Below, in pieces: positions 34,677 through 48,782 of a stretch of 64,000 nt of DNA. The notes under the pieces were generated by a model. That model was given only the letters and a program-made list of their open reading frames with translations, did no database searches and was not told the DNA's origin. Origin of the DNA: Paraphysomonas bandaiensis. Taxonomy: Eukaryota; Protista; Chrysophyceae. The number at the start of each line of letters is the position of its first letter. Positions within the stretch are counted from its first letter, which is position 1. Location of the stretch: contig CBFFRP010000185.1 of the NCBI GenBank assembly GCA_965644295.1, forward strand, positions 128,284 to 192,283. The letters run 5' to 3'. A program made the position numbers and the translations under genes.

Positions 34677-35504
34677 ATGAGATTTCTTGAGCTCAGTTGA
34701 GTGAGTTGTCACAAGCAGTAACTGTCACTCCTCATGCATATATGCGGAACTTGTAACCCTCACCACCTGCCCAACTATACAGAGTATATGTAGCACTCTA
34801 ACCCCAGTCGACAGCATACCATGCCACGGTATCACGCTATCACTGTACAGCACTATACCCAGCCAGCAGCATGCTATATTGAGGGCTACATCAATATACA
34901 TACGTATTCCTACCGGTATACAACACCTCCCACCCACACAGCAGTAAACCCTCAGTATACCCTCAGTATATTGTGAAAAAACTTGTGGAAAGTCCGGACG
35001 CGATATACACTGTACGTTCGGCATCATTTGTATATTTTTGTTCATATATGCCTCTATTATTGAGACAACAATTATCTGTATTATAGCCGTAGTTGTATTG
35101 CAGTAATAAAGAGTATATTTGATTCAATTTATTTTCGAAAAATTAGATGCTGACTGCCGATACTAAGTTTTCCCAACTTTTTTTAGCTGTCCGGACGCGG
35201 CGTAAAAAAACTGGAGGTTTTTTGCAAACCACGGACGCGGTACTGTGGGGTTTCACTGTATTTCTTTCGTAGTCGTATCTGAGTACGAGAAACATGTGGC
35301 GATGAAAATGGAAGGAATGAACAGCCACATCTAGATCTCCACACTACAGCTGTACACCAGCAGAGTGCGGTGCATGTATCTGCAGCCTGTGGTCTAGAAG
35401 TTCAGCTGTTTGATTGGAGTTGTGTACATATACAACTGTACTGTATATACTCACAACAGCAGCGGCGTTATCTTATTGCGTAAAGGTGGTGAAACATTTC
35501 AATA

Positions 35505-35690
35505 ATGGGGGGAGGTAACGCCCAGAAGACTGCCACTTCAAGAGCCAGGCACGCCGAGAAGGCCGCTAAGACAAAGAACGCTGGCGGCGGAAAAGCTGGT
35601 AAGGACGCGCGCACAGGCGTCAATCAGCAAGAAGCTATGGCTGCTGCTGCTGCCAAGCGGGAAGAAATTAAAAAGAAGAGAGAACAGAAG
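35505..35690 (+). CDS. Small basic protein, SERF/ZNF706 (4F5)-like N-terminus; first exon
   Basis: MGGGNAQKTATSRARHAEK start; Lys/Ala-rich; probable GT donor after QK; downstream exons unresolved. Confidence 0.6.
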
Positions 35691-37317
35691 GTATACATAC
35701 GTATTCTGTATATAGAGGTGTACTGACAGCAAGTGACAGGGCAAGTAGAGGGGTACCTATTGTCCACGGATACACCTTCACAAGGATATCTCGATATGTC
35801 TTCTTCGTTACATTGATTTTCTAATGTAAATATAATGAGAGATGTTCAATTACTTACATTTACTATATCGGCTTGTGTTATACCATAAAACCTTCTCCCG
35901 GGATGTCGGAGGTGTTTCAGTTAACGGTCATGTGTATGTCGTTAACTCTGCAGTCTTGCGACATTCATTTGATCAGCGGTAGCCAACAATTTGTTGTTGA
36001 CGACATTTACTACAATGTATATTGCAGTACATGAACTGGTATACCGGCTAAAGGGGTATACACGATTACAATGCTCCAATAAAGATTTAAGCTTAGTAAC
36101 AAGAAGAAGAATATTTTGATCATTAGAGTGTAAAGCGATGAACACAGTAGTGTAGAAAAGTGAATAACAAAGCAGACCATATCTACCACATACAACGGAA
36201 GAGTTAGAAGTATAACTGATAATGACGATCATTATGTTGACGATCATGTATCTTTCAACAGATACTCTCTATAATTCAGTTCATGATATATTTCATTGAA
36301 CATTATATTCCACATATACTATCTTATATTAAGATGAATCCTAATAGTTTCACCACGTTTTTTGCTGTCTTGAGAGCACAGCTAAATGTGGTGCCGGCGG
36401 CTTTTCAATTTCTGCTGCAAAATATGATAGGGTAGCTTATACCTTATATATTAATGAATAAAACATTATTATGAATAATAGGTGCTAACAGCTGTCGATA
36501 GCTATAAATTTGATTTTTGATGGAAAGTTTGCTTTTAGCTAGTTGTGTACTCAACTAAGACTTCAGCACTTCTACTACGCTCTGCTTGGGCACGGTAATA
36601 ATAAACCCTGTGATTCTGGCTGACTACATCAGGCTCTCGTACATATATAGTGGAAGAGTAACTATGAAGATGTTCTTATATTACAGGCAGTACTAATTAA
36701 TAATTAATAGATTAATAGCTATATGTAGGTATTATGTACGTATGTGTACTATACACTACACGACGACGTTTACAACAAAAATACAGAATTATAATTATAA
36801 TATACTGTATATAATTGTCATGCCTATAATTAATTTACAATATATTGTAAGGTTTTTATTGGCGCCCACAATACAATATTTAGCTGATGTGCTCTAGTAT
36901 GAAAGGTATGCAGTATGCAGCATGCATTGACTAAGGTCCTTTGTCCTTAGTCTTCCACACCTACTCACTCACTATTATTTCTGCTTTGTTTGTGTGCACT
37001 CTCTGCACTCAAAATTTCAGGACTCCGTTCAAAAAGTATAATTATTATACAATACTTCATCATCTATGCATGTTCTTATTGAGCACAAGATCCTGGTACT
37101 TAACAACGCATTTTCAAATAAAAGCAATAGCATGAGTGTAGTGGGAAAAGCAGCAGTTACAAGAAATAGGTCATTCGATACACTGGTACTTTATTCAATT
37201 TACATAAATAAAATCGGAATTCAACTAACAAACATACCAACATAGATAAACCACGTCAGTTTATATATCACTGAAACTTTTATAACTGACACAAACAATC
37301 TGTGGTAGCAGCGCATA

Positions 37318-39889
37318 CTACAGAGATTTAATCCACTTGAGCTTGTCATCGAATGATGACAATCGGTGCATCACGACACCACCTTTCGTGTGAGGACTCA
37401 ATTTTTCAATTATTTTACGTGCTACACCCCTCTTTCCTAACTTTCCAAGGTGACGGGTATTCATTTTAGTGTATAACTCTTGTCGCAATTTTTCTGCCTG
37501 ATTCTTTTCAGATGCGAACAAATATGATTCAAATTCCTACAAACCATAACCGTAGTGAGTTAGCAAGTCCTCGTATTATAACAACTCAACTTACTCCCAT
37601 ATCAATTGTAGCACCTCCATTTATATCAATGCATGAGAATATGAACTTTATCTTATCTGGACCATAAAGCATTCCACAAGAGAGAAGCATATCAGAAAAC
37701 TCCCTCCGGGAGAGACATATACCATCCGAACTGAACCTGTTGCATATAGCCACCATACCTTTCCGAGGGTCATTTTCGTTCTCATCTCTACAACTCTTGA
37801 GGTATTTGTTTTTGAATTCCTCAGATGCAGCGGCATTAGCTGCAGATTGTTCCATTACACTTCCGACGATATCAAGGTTGAGTAGCGTAATCGCTTTGAG
37901 CACCGAAACGGATCTTATAGCCATAGCCAGGAAGGGGAATCCGACTAGAGCCGGCAATAGCGCAATCACTATCAATTTTATTGTTTTATCCTGTCTGTGG
38001 GAGGTTTCAAGTACCACTGATATAACATGTGTGCTCCACCAGGCCAGGTAGAGAGAGTTGCAGGTAATTACGAAGTCAGCCAGTGCATATAATAGCTCCG
38101 GCCAACGGAACCAGAACACTGCTCTGAAATTCTGCTTTTGTACATTTCTCTTGAGTCTATGTCTTAGACGGGAGCTGGTGTTGGTTTCAGGCTTCTTAGA
38201 CTTAGTAACCTCACCCTGAACGAACCTAGTAAGGCTTCTCCTCCAACTTTCACCAGAGGATTGCTGCCTCATGACTGGCCTACGAGGTTTGGCAAGAGCG
38301 GTGAATTGTTCCAGCGCATTCGGGAAAGAAATAATATTTCCGTCACCGGTAGCGAACTTTGGAGATAGCACAGCCTTCGATTTAGGAGATCTATTATTAC
38401 TTCTAGTGCTTTTCATAGATATCTCTCTGTTACTGTTGTTATCGGCAATTTTTCCGTTACGGCCTGAAGGGACGTCATGCACCGCCCCCGGTTGGTCTTC
38501 CTCACTACTGCTTCTTGATTCCTCGTCGTCTGACTTTTCTTCTATAGCGCTCACCCGCGAAAATGTGCGTGTGACAGCTGAGACGCGGGTGTTCGATGCG
38601 ACTTCCGATGGATGCTCGTCGTATGATCCCACCGAAGTGTCAATTTGTATTGGTGGTAATGGTTCACTCAGAAGAAGCTTTCTCTTGCTGAATGGGTCAT
38701 CTGACCCCTCTTTCACTTCCGACTTGACTTCATCCTCCTCGCCATTAATAGAGGTAGAACTAGAATCTCTGCTCATCTGGTATGATTCACTAGCTATCCT
38801 AGCCTTCAGTCTACTCTGTAGCCCTGCCTGACGCAGTTTCGAGACAGCTTTTAGCACAGATTGTCGTAACCGTCGTCCAGATATCTTCCGCTTGTTGGCT
38901 TTCGTGTACTCCACCTGCAAACGCAAGTTTTTCTGTTCAGCCATAATCTCCGCTATTGTTTGCCGCACATAATCATTCCTGACGGCTGCAGAGGCTAGTG
39001 CCTCATTAGCATGATCCTCCGCCAGCAGGAATACCGTGTAGTCTTCAATGTCACTCACACCACAGGTCTCTATAAGCTTGAGTTCACTGGAACGACCCCA
39101 ATAGAAAAGCACCACACACAGTAACGCATTCAATGCCCCACCAGCTGTAAATATCCAAATTTCTCCGCTTCGATCTTCACAATTTTCAGGACAATGGCGC
39201 TTCCAGACCTCTACTTCAATTGCAGCGACCAAAGTCAGGCAGAGCACTACGCACCATTTTTGGGCTGATATCTCTATAATTGACAGGATGTTAGCTTCAT
39301 GCGTTGTCCGCAGAAACATCCCGAAGTCAAGATCACCTAGACCAGTGCTGATGCCATATGCACTGGTAAATATACTCCTTAGCATCCGAAACTCTACTTG
39401 GTCCCGGGGTTTGCAGAAGGGAATGTACCTTGCTTTCCACCATATTGAATTCTTAGCCTCTTCAACATTCAGATTCAATTCTTCTGATGAGATATTAGCT
39501 GCAACGTTCCAAATCTGCGCCTGGCCTACTGACCCAACCATAATGAAAATACCTTGCACACAAAAGAATGATGCCATCACGAAGCAGCATATATCCGCAA
39601 ACCCGAAAGCTTGGTAAAACGTTGTTGACAGCTTAACATCAGTTTGGTCTAAAATCGTAAAAATGAAGGACGCAAATCCCACCATCATTATCTCTCGATA
39701 CATTCGTTGTAACATTAAATGGTAAGATGTGCCCAAAGTAAATATTTCTAAGGAATTCAATGCTTCAGAACATATGGTCAGATATGCGGCGACCATCGCA
39801 AATGCGCCGAAGAGAAAATATCCATTATTCGTTGATCCAAAAATATTCGCACTCTCTTCGTCTCCATCGTATACGTCAGTCACATTCAT
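37318..39889 (-). CDS. Multi-pass membrane protein, MLO-like, with C-terminal EF-hands
   Basis: MLQRMYREIMMVGFASF resembles MLO ELMLLGFISL; ~7 hydrophobic segments; intron 37537-37594 completes the EF loop DINGGATIDMGEF. Confidence 0.7.
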
Positions 39890-40556
39890 TGTGGAAGTTA
39901 GTTTATATGTGCTTTGCTTCAGGCTGTGTATGGAACTACCAGATCAAGCATACGCTCATGCAGTTATTAGGGCGCATACACCCCTATACTATCATATATG
40001 TATATCAACGAAAAACATCAAACTGTAAAGGCGTGATATTATTAATATTTTACGACAGTGATCAGAGTGTTGGCAATCAGATATATATATACGCACCCCA
40101 TAGATATGAATTCGTATGCGTGAAACAGTCTAATGCTCTGTTCGTACCTCATCCTCATCCCCAACTACACACTTACGCACGCCATCAGCTTCAACTACAT
40201 CCCGAACCGTGTGGTACACTTATACAGTGCCTACCGTACTGCTGTACTGTACCCAGATATGTAAAAATAACGAAAGGAGGAGCAGCAGATAATGCTAATG
40301 AATTCAAAAATTGAAAATGCAGTCCGCCAGTTTGTGTAGACATATATACGTATATAGGTATACGTACCAGGAGTCCTGTACTGTTGGAGATCTGTACCTG
40401 TGATGTTGAGCATGTATGTAGATGTATGCACATGCTGTCGGGGCATCCACTGACACTGATAATGTTACAGTTTCCGGCACATATATTCGACACACAGGGA
40501 TGAGATAATTGAGTGACTGGAAACACATGTCTGTTATTCCCTCTTGCACCCTTTGA

Positions 40557-43500
40557 ATGTATTCAAAGATGAGTGGCGGGGCTGTGATATACGACTCTAT
40601 TCCTCCTCTTATAAGTGGGAAGAAAACTGGCCAACTAGTTGTGCGGATTCCGAAGATAGATATCGACGATGGTCGCGTTGGTGTTGGATATAAAGCACAG
40701 TTTGAGTGGTGGGGCCAGAAGGTAGAGCCAGCAGTGTTGAATATCCCGTGGAAGGCGGGGCAGGCTATAGATGAAGCAATCTTTCCGATTCGTGTTGATC
40801 GGGGCTCTCTTGAGGGGTATCTTTCAGACATGGAGACTCTGATTATATACATATATGACCCGGAAGGGAAGTTGTATGGTCATGCTGAGATCCCTCTTGA
40901 CCGCCTCATAAACAATAGTCTATGTCATAGTGGTCCTGTTGTTGTTAGGAGCAGCGATGCTACAGACATGTTAGGGAAAATATACGTCGATATTATCACT
41001 GTGTTTGGTGATCTGAGTTCAAAACGAATTAAAAAATTGGAAAGTAAAGCATTAAGTAGCGTAAACACTTTTCAACGCATGGAGGTTAATTTTACTATAT
41101 GCTGCAGGTAGTTTATAATAGTGTATTGCAGGCACTTGTTGTGACTGACAATTCTGGGCGGTACACGGAGTGGCCAAAGACAAGTAGTGGTGGGGGTGAT
41201 TTCAAACCCCAGGAACGGAGGATGCCTCTTACGGAACAAGAGCCAGCATCTCCTGTGAGTAAGGATAAAATAAAAGTGGGAAATGGATATCCGGAGCGAG
41301 ATGGAATACCGCTGCTTGCTAGGAGGGCTGCTGCTCGTCGTAGGGCTGGAGGTGGTAGGCACCGTCAAAGTGGAAGAGGGAGAGAATATACGGGAAAAGT
41401 TCTCCCAAATTTACGGGAAGAGGGGGACGGGGAATCGTTGATGTCAGGTGTCACTGAACAAAAGAAGAGTGACAAGCGGGACGATTCTCCTGCCCCTACA
41501 CCCCCTCTACCTGCTCCTGATCACCCTCCCTCTTTGGTGTCCAATATCAATAGTGGATCTGTTGTGACTTCTGCAACTGCCAGTAAAACTGCTGTACTTG
41601 TTCGAGCACAGCACTTACTATCAAAGGTGAAAGCTTCTCTGGGATCCCGGGATGAACCAGGAGCAGAAACCAAGCCTCAAAGAGGTATAGAAAACAATAT
41701 GACGGCACTGGGAGATTTGCCTCGTAGCCAGGGTGTACGCCGAACCCACTCGAAAGTAGGTGAAGTGGATTGGCTACTCAGAGGAGTGCCAGAAGTATGG
41801 GATGAAGAGGTCGAAGTCTCAGATGAGCTTGTTGAGAGACTAATTTCAGAGGGAGGTCGGCCCCCAGCACAGCTAGCTTTTCCTTCACTTTATGCAGCCT
41901 CTCAGCGTACTCTGGCTAACTTAGAGGGCGTACGCCGTCTTCGCCTAACCTTCAGTGGCCTTCACATTTATAGTGCTCGGTATGGTGTTCGGCGGGAGGG
42001 ATCTTATATAGTTGTTCAGCCGCCTGCAGGATGCACTAGTCCACACGGAGGAGAGCGATCCTCCACTGTGGATTTGCCTGAAATGGGCACGGAACCATCC
42101 GCTAGAAGCAAAAATGTGTTGCGGGGATATGCTGTGGGGAAAGTGGTATTAGGCATTTGTATAGAATGGGGTGTCTGCCTTACGGATGGGGTGCTGCGGG
42201 ACTGGTTGGCCTCCGACGGGGTCAGCGGCACTGTGCGGGTGGAGCTGTACAGTTATCTGTCACCTCCTGCTCGGAAGCCTCGACATCGGGGGAATGAATC
42301 AGAACCAGAATCACAGGGAAAGACGTGGACATCTCCAGCATTATTGTTAGCGCACGCGGATATTCCGATGGGCAGTCTACTGAGCACCGCCGCTCTGAGT
42401 GCAATGGTCACCGTCGATCTTGTTGTGGACCAAGCTTCTCAGGCTACCATAGCCGATAGACTTATGCGCTTGCCCACCGGTTCGCACTTACGCACTGCAA
42501 AACCCTTGGGAGACACACTGGGCACACTTTCGTGTGAAATGGCTCTGTTGGATGAGAATAGTCGACCTTTACTGGCTGATGGATGCGAAAGCGATGCTGT
42601 TCGAGATACGACTCCAACTCATAATTCCTCCCCAATCCGCGCCTCTGTCCGCCCCTCCCCTGCATCTATCAGCACCGGGGCTAACTTGAGCACCAACCTC
42701 GATTCTGCATTGGGATATGTCCCGTCGGAGCCTTCGGGTCCAGCAGAACCAGTACGTATCGGTGTTGCGGTCCATCACCTAGACCTCTGTTTAGACGAAA
42801 GCACTCTAGATGCTATGACGGTCCCGATAAACAAGGAGCCCGTCAGAGTTGTCATCGAATACAAGATCGCTCTATCAACTGGAAGGTAAGTGTTGCCATG
42901 TCGTGGAGTGTGTTGATTATTGTCGTCTTGTTTTAGCATCAGAGATCAGGTCGACACACTTGTGGCTGCTCACCGACTATCCCTTCCAAAGCACACAGTG
43001 GAACTGTCATCGGGTAGGGTTCATACTGTGCACGACATCATGAACTGGAGGTTTATATACTTTGAGGTGTGGCTCAAGTGGCGCGGCCTACTGTACCCAG
43101 GTAATGACGAGAGCAGACTTTTGGGCCTTGTGAAGTTCCCCGTTCACACTTGTGTGGGGGAGTGTGTATCCTTACCTGTAGTGGATCCTTCGACGGGTCA
43201 GCATCGTGGCCATCTTTACTTGACTCTCCAGTTTCACCACATGACCGAGCAGGATGCAGAAAATCTGTTGGAGAAGTGCCTAACTACAGAGAGTGTGAGG
43301 CGTATGCTGCGGAGTGTGGAAGGGAGCAAGGTGCAGGAACAGTGCAAGAGAGCTTTCTCCGTTGGGACGGAAGAAGATGTGGATACTGTAGCTTCTGGAA
43401 AGGTGCCTGTGCAGCAGAATTCGGAAGGGAATACATTGAAAACTACTGGCGGGTTTAGTAAACCCGTGTCGTCGACATCCACCCCAGCTAACAGCCTCGA

Positions 43501-46500
43501 CCGCCCCATAGCAGCTTCTAGTTCACAGTTAGAAGCCAATCCTTGTGAGAGGGAGATAAATGGTGATCAGGACTTTCCCTCTGTGGCCCCTCCAAAGGTA
43601 TCGGGAGAACCAGATCTGTCGTTTAGTCTATCCTCTAATACCAAAGAAGTTGGGGGTGGCTCTAGGAGTACTGTTGTTGCCACTTCTATGACCGGAACGT
43701 TGACGCTATCTGCTGATAGTCTAATTGGGGGACTATTTAGTCGCCTACTTGACCGGGAAAGCAGAACAGGCAGTGCGACCAATAGCTTGGACAGTATTGA
43801 TGCATTGCGATCAGGAATCTCCGGTAATCCATCAGCAATGAACGGTGCTGTTGCCACACCACCTCTTTGCAGATCTGTTAGCGAGACTTCGGTTGAACAA
43901 TTGCCAAGCTCAAGTGATGTTAGAGGAGGCACCGTTGCAGTTGGACAGGGACATATTCTGGATATGAACGTCGAAGATAGCTTTAGCCGTATCGTGGAAG
44001 AATTGGGAGGAGCTGTTGCTGGTGCCATGGGGTGTTTTGTATGCTATAACTTCCCGGGTCTCGCTGACTCCGTGGTAGATTCATGGGTGTGTTACTAACT
44101 TATTGTAATGTTTCAACTGACAATGACGTTGTTGCAGAATTCCGTCCGCAATGTACGCGGTGGCAAGTATGACGGCCAGATGTGTCTGTGGTGGGACGGG
44201 GACTGTTCGGTGTTAAACAGTCGCAACAGACACGAATTTGATGTTCCACCCGGTCGGTCCGCACTGGAGGTGCTCGGTCTGACAGACGGGGCGGGCCTAG
44301 ATATTTTCCTTGTGCCAAGTGATTCGGAGGGGAATATGCCTGTCACACCTGTATGCGTGGGGCAAACAAGCCTGCCAGCTGAAGCCCTCAGCACTCTTCT
44401 AAATCGTGCTGGGTGCTCTCAGGGAATCTCACTGCCTCTCCGTGATCCGAGAGGGCAGCTTCTTCAATCAGAGCTTAAGCTGTTACTCTCCCACCGTATC
44501 GTGCCAGTGAACGCACGTCGTAGCAGCGCCGAGCCTGTATCTATTCAACCCATATCTGCGTCGGATATGTCCCCCACTCATCCCGTTGACAACTTAATGG
44601 TGGAATCGGCACCTGTCGGTTCTGATGAAAGGAATAGTGATGATGTTGTTGATAAATTGGATCGACCTGGTCTCTCTGTGCGGGTTGATCGTGCTGTACA
44701 CCTCTCCGATGAGCTGCTGTCCCGAGGAGTGGAAAACGTGTTCGTGAGATGCTCACTGAGATATCCTTCCGATGATGTGGTAAGTCGCTACATTAAGTGA
44801 ATCATTCCCTCAACTGTGTTGAAGGTATTTACAAGTGCTTTCGAAGATACATCCAAGTCGTTTTCAACCAAAGTACGAGGGTTTGGTGATAGTGTGGTGT
44901 GGGACGAGGAACACGTAGTTCACCTACCAGACAGAGCGATTGATTCTGTTGGTCAGCCGATGAGGGTGTTCCGGCGAGTGTGTCTTGTAGCGTCTTTACA
45001 CTCCCGTCAGGAGTGGAGATTTCGCCAGGAACGGGCTTCTTATATTGCAGACGGTCCGCAGGTTGGAGATGTTAGCATCGGGTCTGCGGTAGTGGACCTC
45101 GCGTTACTGGCCTCTGGATGCGCGAATGTGGAGGGATGGTACCATGTCCTTGATGACAACCAACGGTCTGTTGGACAGATAAAATTGTCTGTTGCGCCGA
45201 ACCTCTTTTCGACGTCGCCATCTATAGCGCCCAGTATTGAAGATACCGAAGTACCCTATGTTGGGAATGATCATCACTTAGAGGAGGATTCGTTTGTGTC
45301 AGGTGCTGGAGGGACGCTCAGTGAAATGGTGGCCTCTATCATGCGGGAGCTCGAGGCTTCCTCAAGTGCAGTTTCCTCATTACACAAATATGAGCCACTG
45401 GGTGGCATGAATGAGAGTGGCGAGAGTTTTGAAGAAAACTCGATGACATCAGGTGGGAGTGCTAGGTCTGACTCTTTCATGAATGACGTGGTGGAATCAC
45501 CCCCTGGTGAGATACTGGACGGCTCTATGTCTGTTCTAATGAAGGAAATGTACTCACCCTTTGGAGGGTGTGATATTTCAGACGAAGATGATAATGACGG
45601 CAATGTCGGAGAAGACAATGAACAATATGAGTCAGGGGTGTTTGAACAGGGGACTGAAGATTCTAAGTTATTTGAGAGAAAGAGTAATATTGTATGCGAC
45701 TTGGGGGAGCCTAACTCACCACTGAAGGTCTCGTTGGATTCTAAGTACGAAATTAACAGTGTCAGTGGGTATGAAAGTGGTGCAAGGAGTAGAGTTTCTA
45801 GTTTGGACGGTGATGCAGATGCTGCCAGTGAGTTAGAGAGCGCAGGCTTGCTAGATGATAAGAGTGATGTAGTGTTCTGCAGTGATGTGGGTTCGGACGA
45901 CAACTCAATCAACTCTGGAAGTTTAAACTCATGCTCTAAGCTAGAGGTATTAAATGATGCTTACGATATCACGGAAACTGGAGAGAAAAGACTTGATGAA
46001 GAAGTAAGGGAGAGTGATGGTGATGAAGATTCTTACAATTTGGAAAAACATCGAACAGAGGATATCTCTCACTCTATCGATATCTCTGGTGAAGACAACG
46101 GACAGCGTAAAGAATGTTTACTGAGTGCTTCTGCAACGGAACTACTGCCTGAAGTATCAGCGTTGAGTACTTCCATATCCGATCCATGTCTATTTGACTC
46201 TGTATGTGATATGCAACCTGCGGATTCTGTGCTGAGTACATCTGAAATTAATTCTCTGCCAGAGAATTTCGTTTTGGATTCATCTGCTTTACCTGAGGAT
46301 TCTATTTTGAGTGCATCAGTTGCCGACCAGCACCCAGATGTGGCTGTATTAAGTAATTCAATGTCTGATTTTGTTGATGTGGAGCATAACTTGGAATATG
46401 GAAACTCAAATTCTCCTTCTGGCGGCAAAGGACAATTACAGCTTGACGCAATATCTGTTGAAGATTCGGCATCTCTTCATTTAACGACAGATGTTGCGCC

Positions 46501-47005
46501 GGAATCTACCATGATCGAAACGAACGTGCAGGAGTTCGAAGGCAAAAGTGATAGTAGGTTGTCACTTTGTGATGTTGGTGTGCAGATAGTTCCGGAAGAA
46601 AGCCCTGGAAGTCCCCATGTTTCTGAGAGAGAAAAACCTAGCGGTACTGAACCAAGCGGTAACAATATAAGGGAAGCATGTTCCACGCCTCCCCTCAGAA
46701 TATTTGAGCCTTCCGCTTTGAATATACACTCCTGCTCTTCAGAAATAGAAGAACGGAAGGGTCCCGAGCATTCGCTTCCTGTGAAGGATCCTTTATGTAC
46801 ACTAAGATGCGATGCCCATGGTATATCTGAGCTAGTGAAGAGTGTCATGATGACGAATGCGAGAAGCGCTCCGTGGGCTGAAAACCCTGGAAGGAGAAAA
46901 AAATTTGTCGATGCGGAAACGGAGAGAATATCGAGAGTGATGTTAGGTTCCGTGAGAGTATACAGCAGACTAGATAACTTGGCACCTGAAAATAAGTCGC
47001 TCTGA
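40557..47005 (+). CDS. Large multi-exon C2-domain protein, C2CD3-like (centriolar)
   Basis: N-terminal FEWWGQ...YLSDMETL, several C2-like segments (IGSAVVDL..VEGWYHVLD..GQIKLSV), C-terminal AETERISRVM; five consecutive same-strand ORFs separated by short introns. Confidence 0.65.
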
Positions 47006-47782
47006 TAAATGTATAGTTGAAGCTTTGTAATTATCTTGATTTCGTTTTGTTGTTTGTTTTCTTCGTAATATGATTTAATCATTGAATACTGTAGTAGTAC
47101 AGGAAAACTTCATGGCAGCAGTGTGGAATACGTTTTGTTATGATCATTGAGTTTAGAAAGAAAATCGTATACTAGCTTCAAAGTACGACGACATGAAAGC
47201 GAAACGAGTGAACAAAGTACTAACATGTTGCTGTTGTGATGCCGTTTCGGAATATGCAGTTTACAACATCTATCATAGTAAGTGGTATATTCAATAATAA
47301 ATATGAAATATACTAGAAATAACTAAAATATAACAGTGGCTGTATAAGATCGTTACTATTTAAAGCGCGAATCTTTGGTTGGAAGAATGAAGTTAACAGT
47401 GTAGCAAGATACAATAATGATACGCAATACGCAAGGTATATAATCGCGTATATATATAACTGATCGCGTATTCTTTATACGGAACTTAGTCATCATACAT
47501 CATACATCTTACTTAAAAGGTTCACAATAATGTCAATCTCTTATAAATTTAATTATACATGAAACTGTTCATGACATGATAGATGAGTAATGAGTGGTGT
47601 GTAGTGTAGCTGCATCGTATTCTATGTTTCCACCTCATTATTATATTAACGCTATGCATTGATAACGTTCGGCATTGCTAAGTGATAATTACTTGGTGTT
47701 TCGCATTCTTCTTTGATGTGAAGTATAAGTAGGATGCAATGCAGGATGTATCTGAGACACTTATTGCAATGGGAATTTATAC

Positions 47783-47843
47783 TAACCCTAACCCTATCCC
47801 TTAAAGAACGGGTGTAACATAATAACACTCAACCCTAACCCTA
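47783..47843 (+). repeat. Short interstitial (CCCTAA)n telomere-like units
   Basis: taaccctaaccct-like runs twice; another gggttagggtt near 49991. Confidence 0.4.
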
Positions 47844-47949
47844 ATAATTGTTATATTATAAAAGAATACAACAACAAATTTTAATCGCATTTCAGTATAC
47901 CTTGTACAGTCCCAATAATATATCATCGTATATAATAACTACTACGACT

Positions 47950-48429
47950 CTCTCAACAATGTAGGACTCGCACCTTCTGGGGGATAAATACCGGAGAAAC
48001 TAACGTGAGCCGAATATATAGTCAGTACATATTGTTCTGCCCGCTCATAGCCTAATACTTGTGTGGTGCAAGGGGGGCACTAACAAGTTTTGCGTGTTGA
48101 CGAATAAACAGGCATCCGGGACTGGGCCCACCTCAAGAGTACCAAGAGGGTATTGGGCTGCCTGTTGAAGTCAGTCATCCAGGATGAGTTCATCTTAAGG
48201 AATCAACAATCCTGAAGTCAGCAGCTGTCAGGTATATCTACATTCTGCTTGTTCACTGCGTTTGGTTTGAGTGATAGAGCGAAAGTGGTTGTACCTCTTG
48301 GTGCTTGCGGTGACGCACAAGCAGCTTTCGTAGCGTTAAATAGAGTAAGATATATATCAGAGTTAAGCACTAAATTTGTCCTGACTTTCAAATGCCTATA
48401 TATTGCTAATAATAAGATATTCACTACTA
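47950..48429 (+). mobile_element. SINE-like element, older copy
   Basis: Colinear with 56053-56534 in head, core and ttcactacta tail; no clean TSD. Confidence 0.82.
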
Positions 48430-48782
48430 TCTCACAATGAATTCAGTTGTGTGCTTTGCATTCACCATTAACAATAACAATTCTAGTGCATGTTAAATAC
48501 CCATCATCGAAACATACATGTAGTCAAGATATTATACAATTTATATTAATTTATACTTTTTAATCTATGTATAAGTTGTTACAAAAGTCTTAACAGCTAC
48601 TATACACAACATCACAACAGACTTCTATTCTACTAAACATACTGAACTTCATACATTCATTACTCTTTTACTTAGATACTTCAAAGCGAAAAGAAAATTG
48701 TAGATTTTATTTCATACTACTGTTAGTTTAATGATTAATAATATCACTAAAAATGCTTGTTAAACACTTATACTATCTATCC

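Noticed and set aside
35800-37300. Additional genes from short ORFs in this AT-rich interval
   Set aside because: No coding-like composition or motifs; downstream exons of the 35505 gene may be here but cannot be resolved.
38271-47082. Long antisense ORFs (38271..38831, 45274..45912, 46477..47082 and similar)
   Set aside because: They are opposite-strand shadows of well-supported genes and have no recognisable motifs.
47783-47843. Chromosome end or telomere-targeted insertion
   Set aside because: Only about two CCCTAA units at a time, with genes on both sides.
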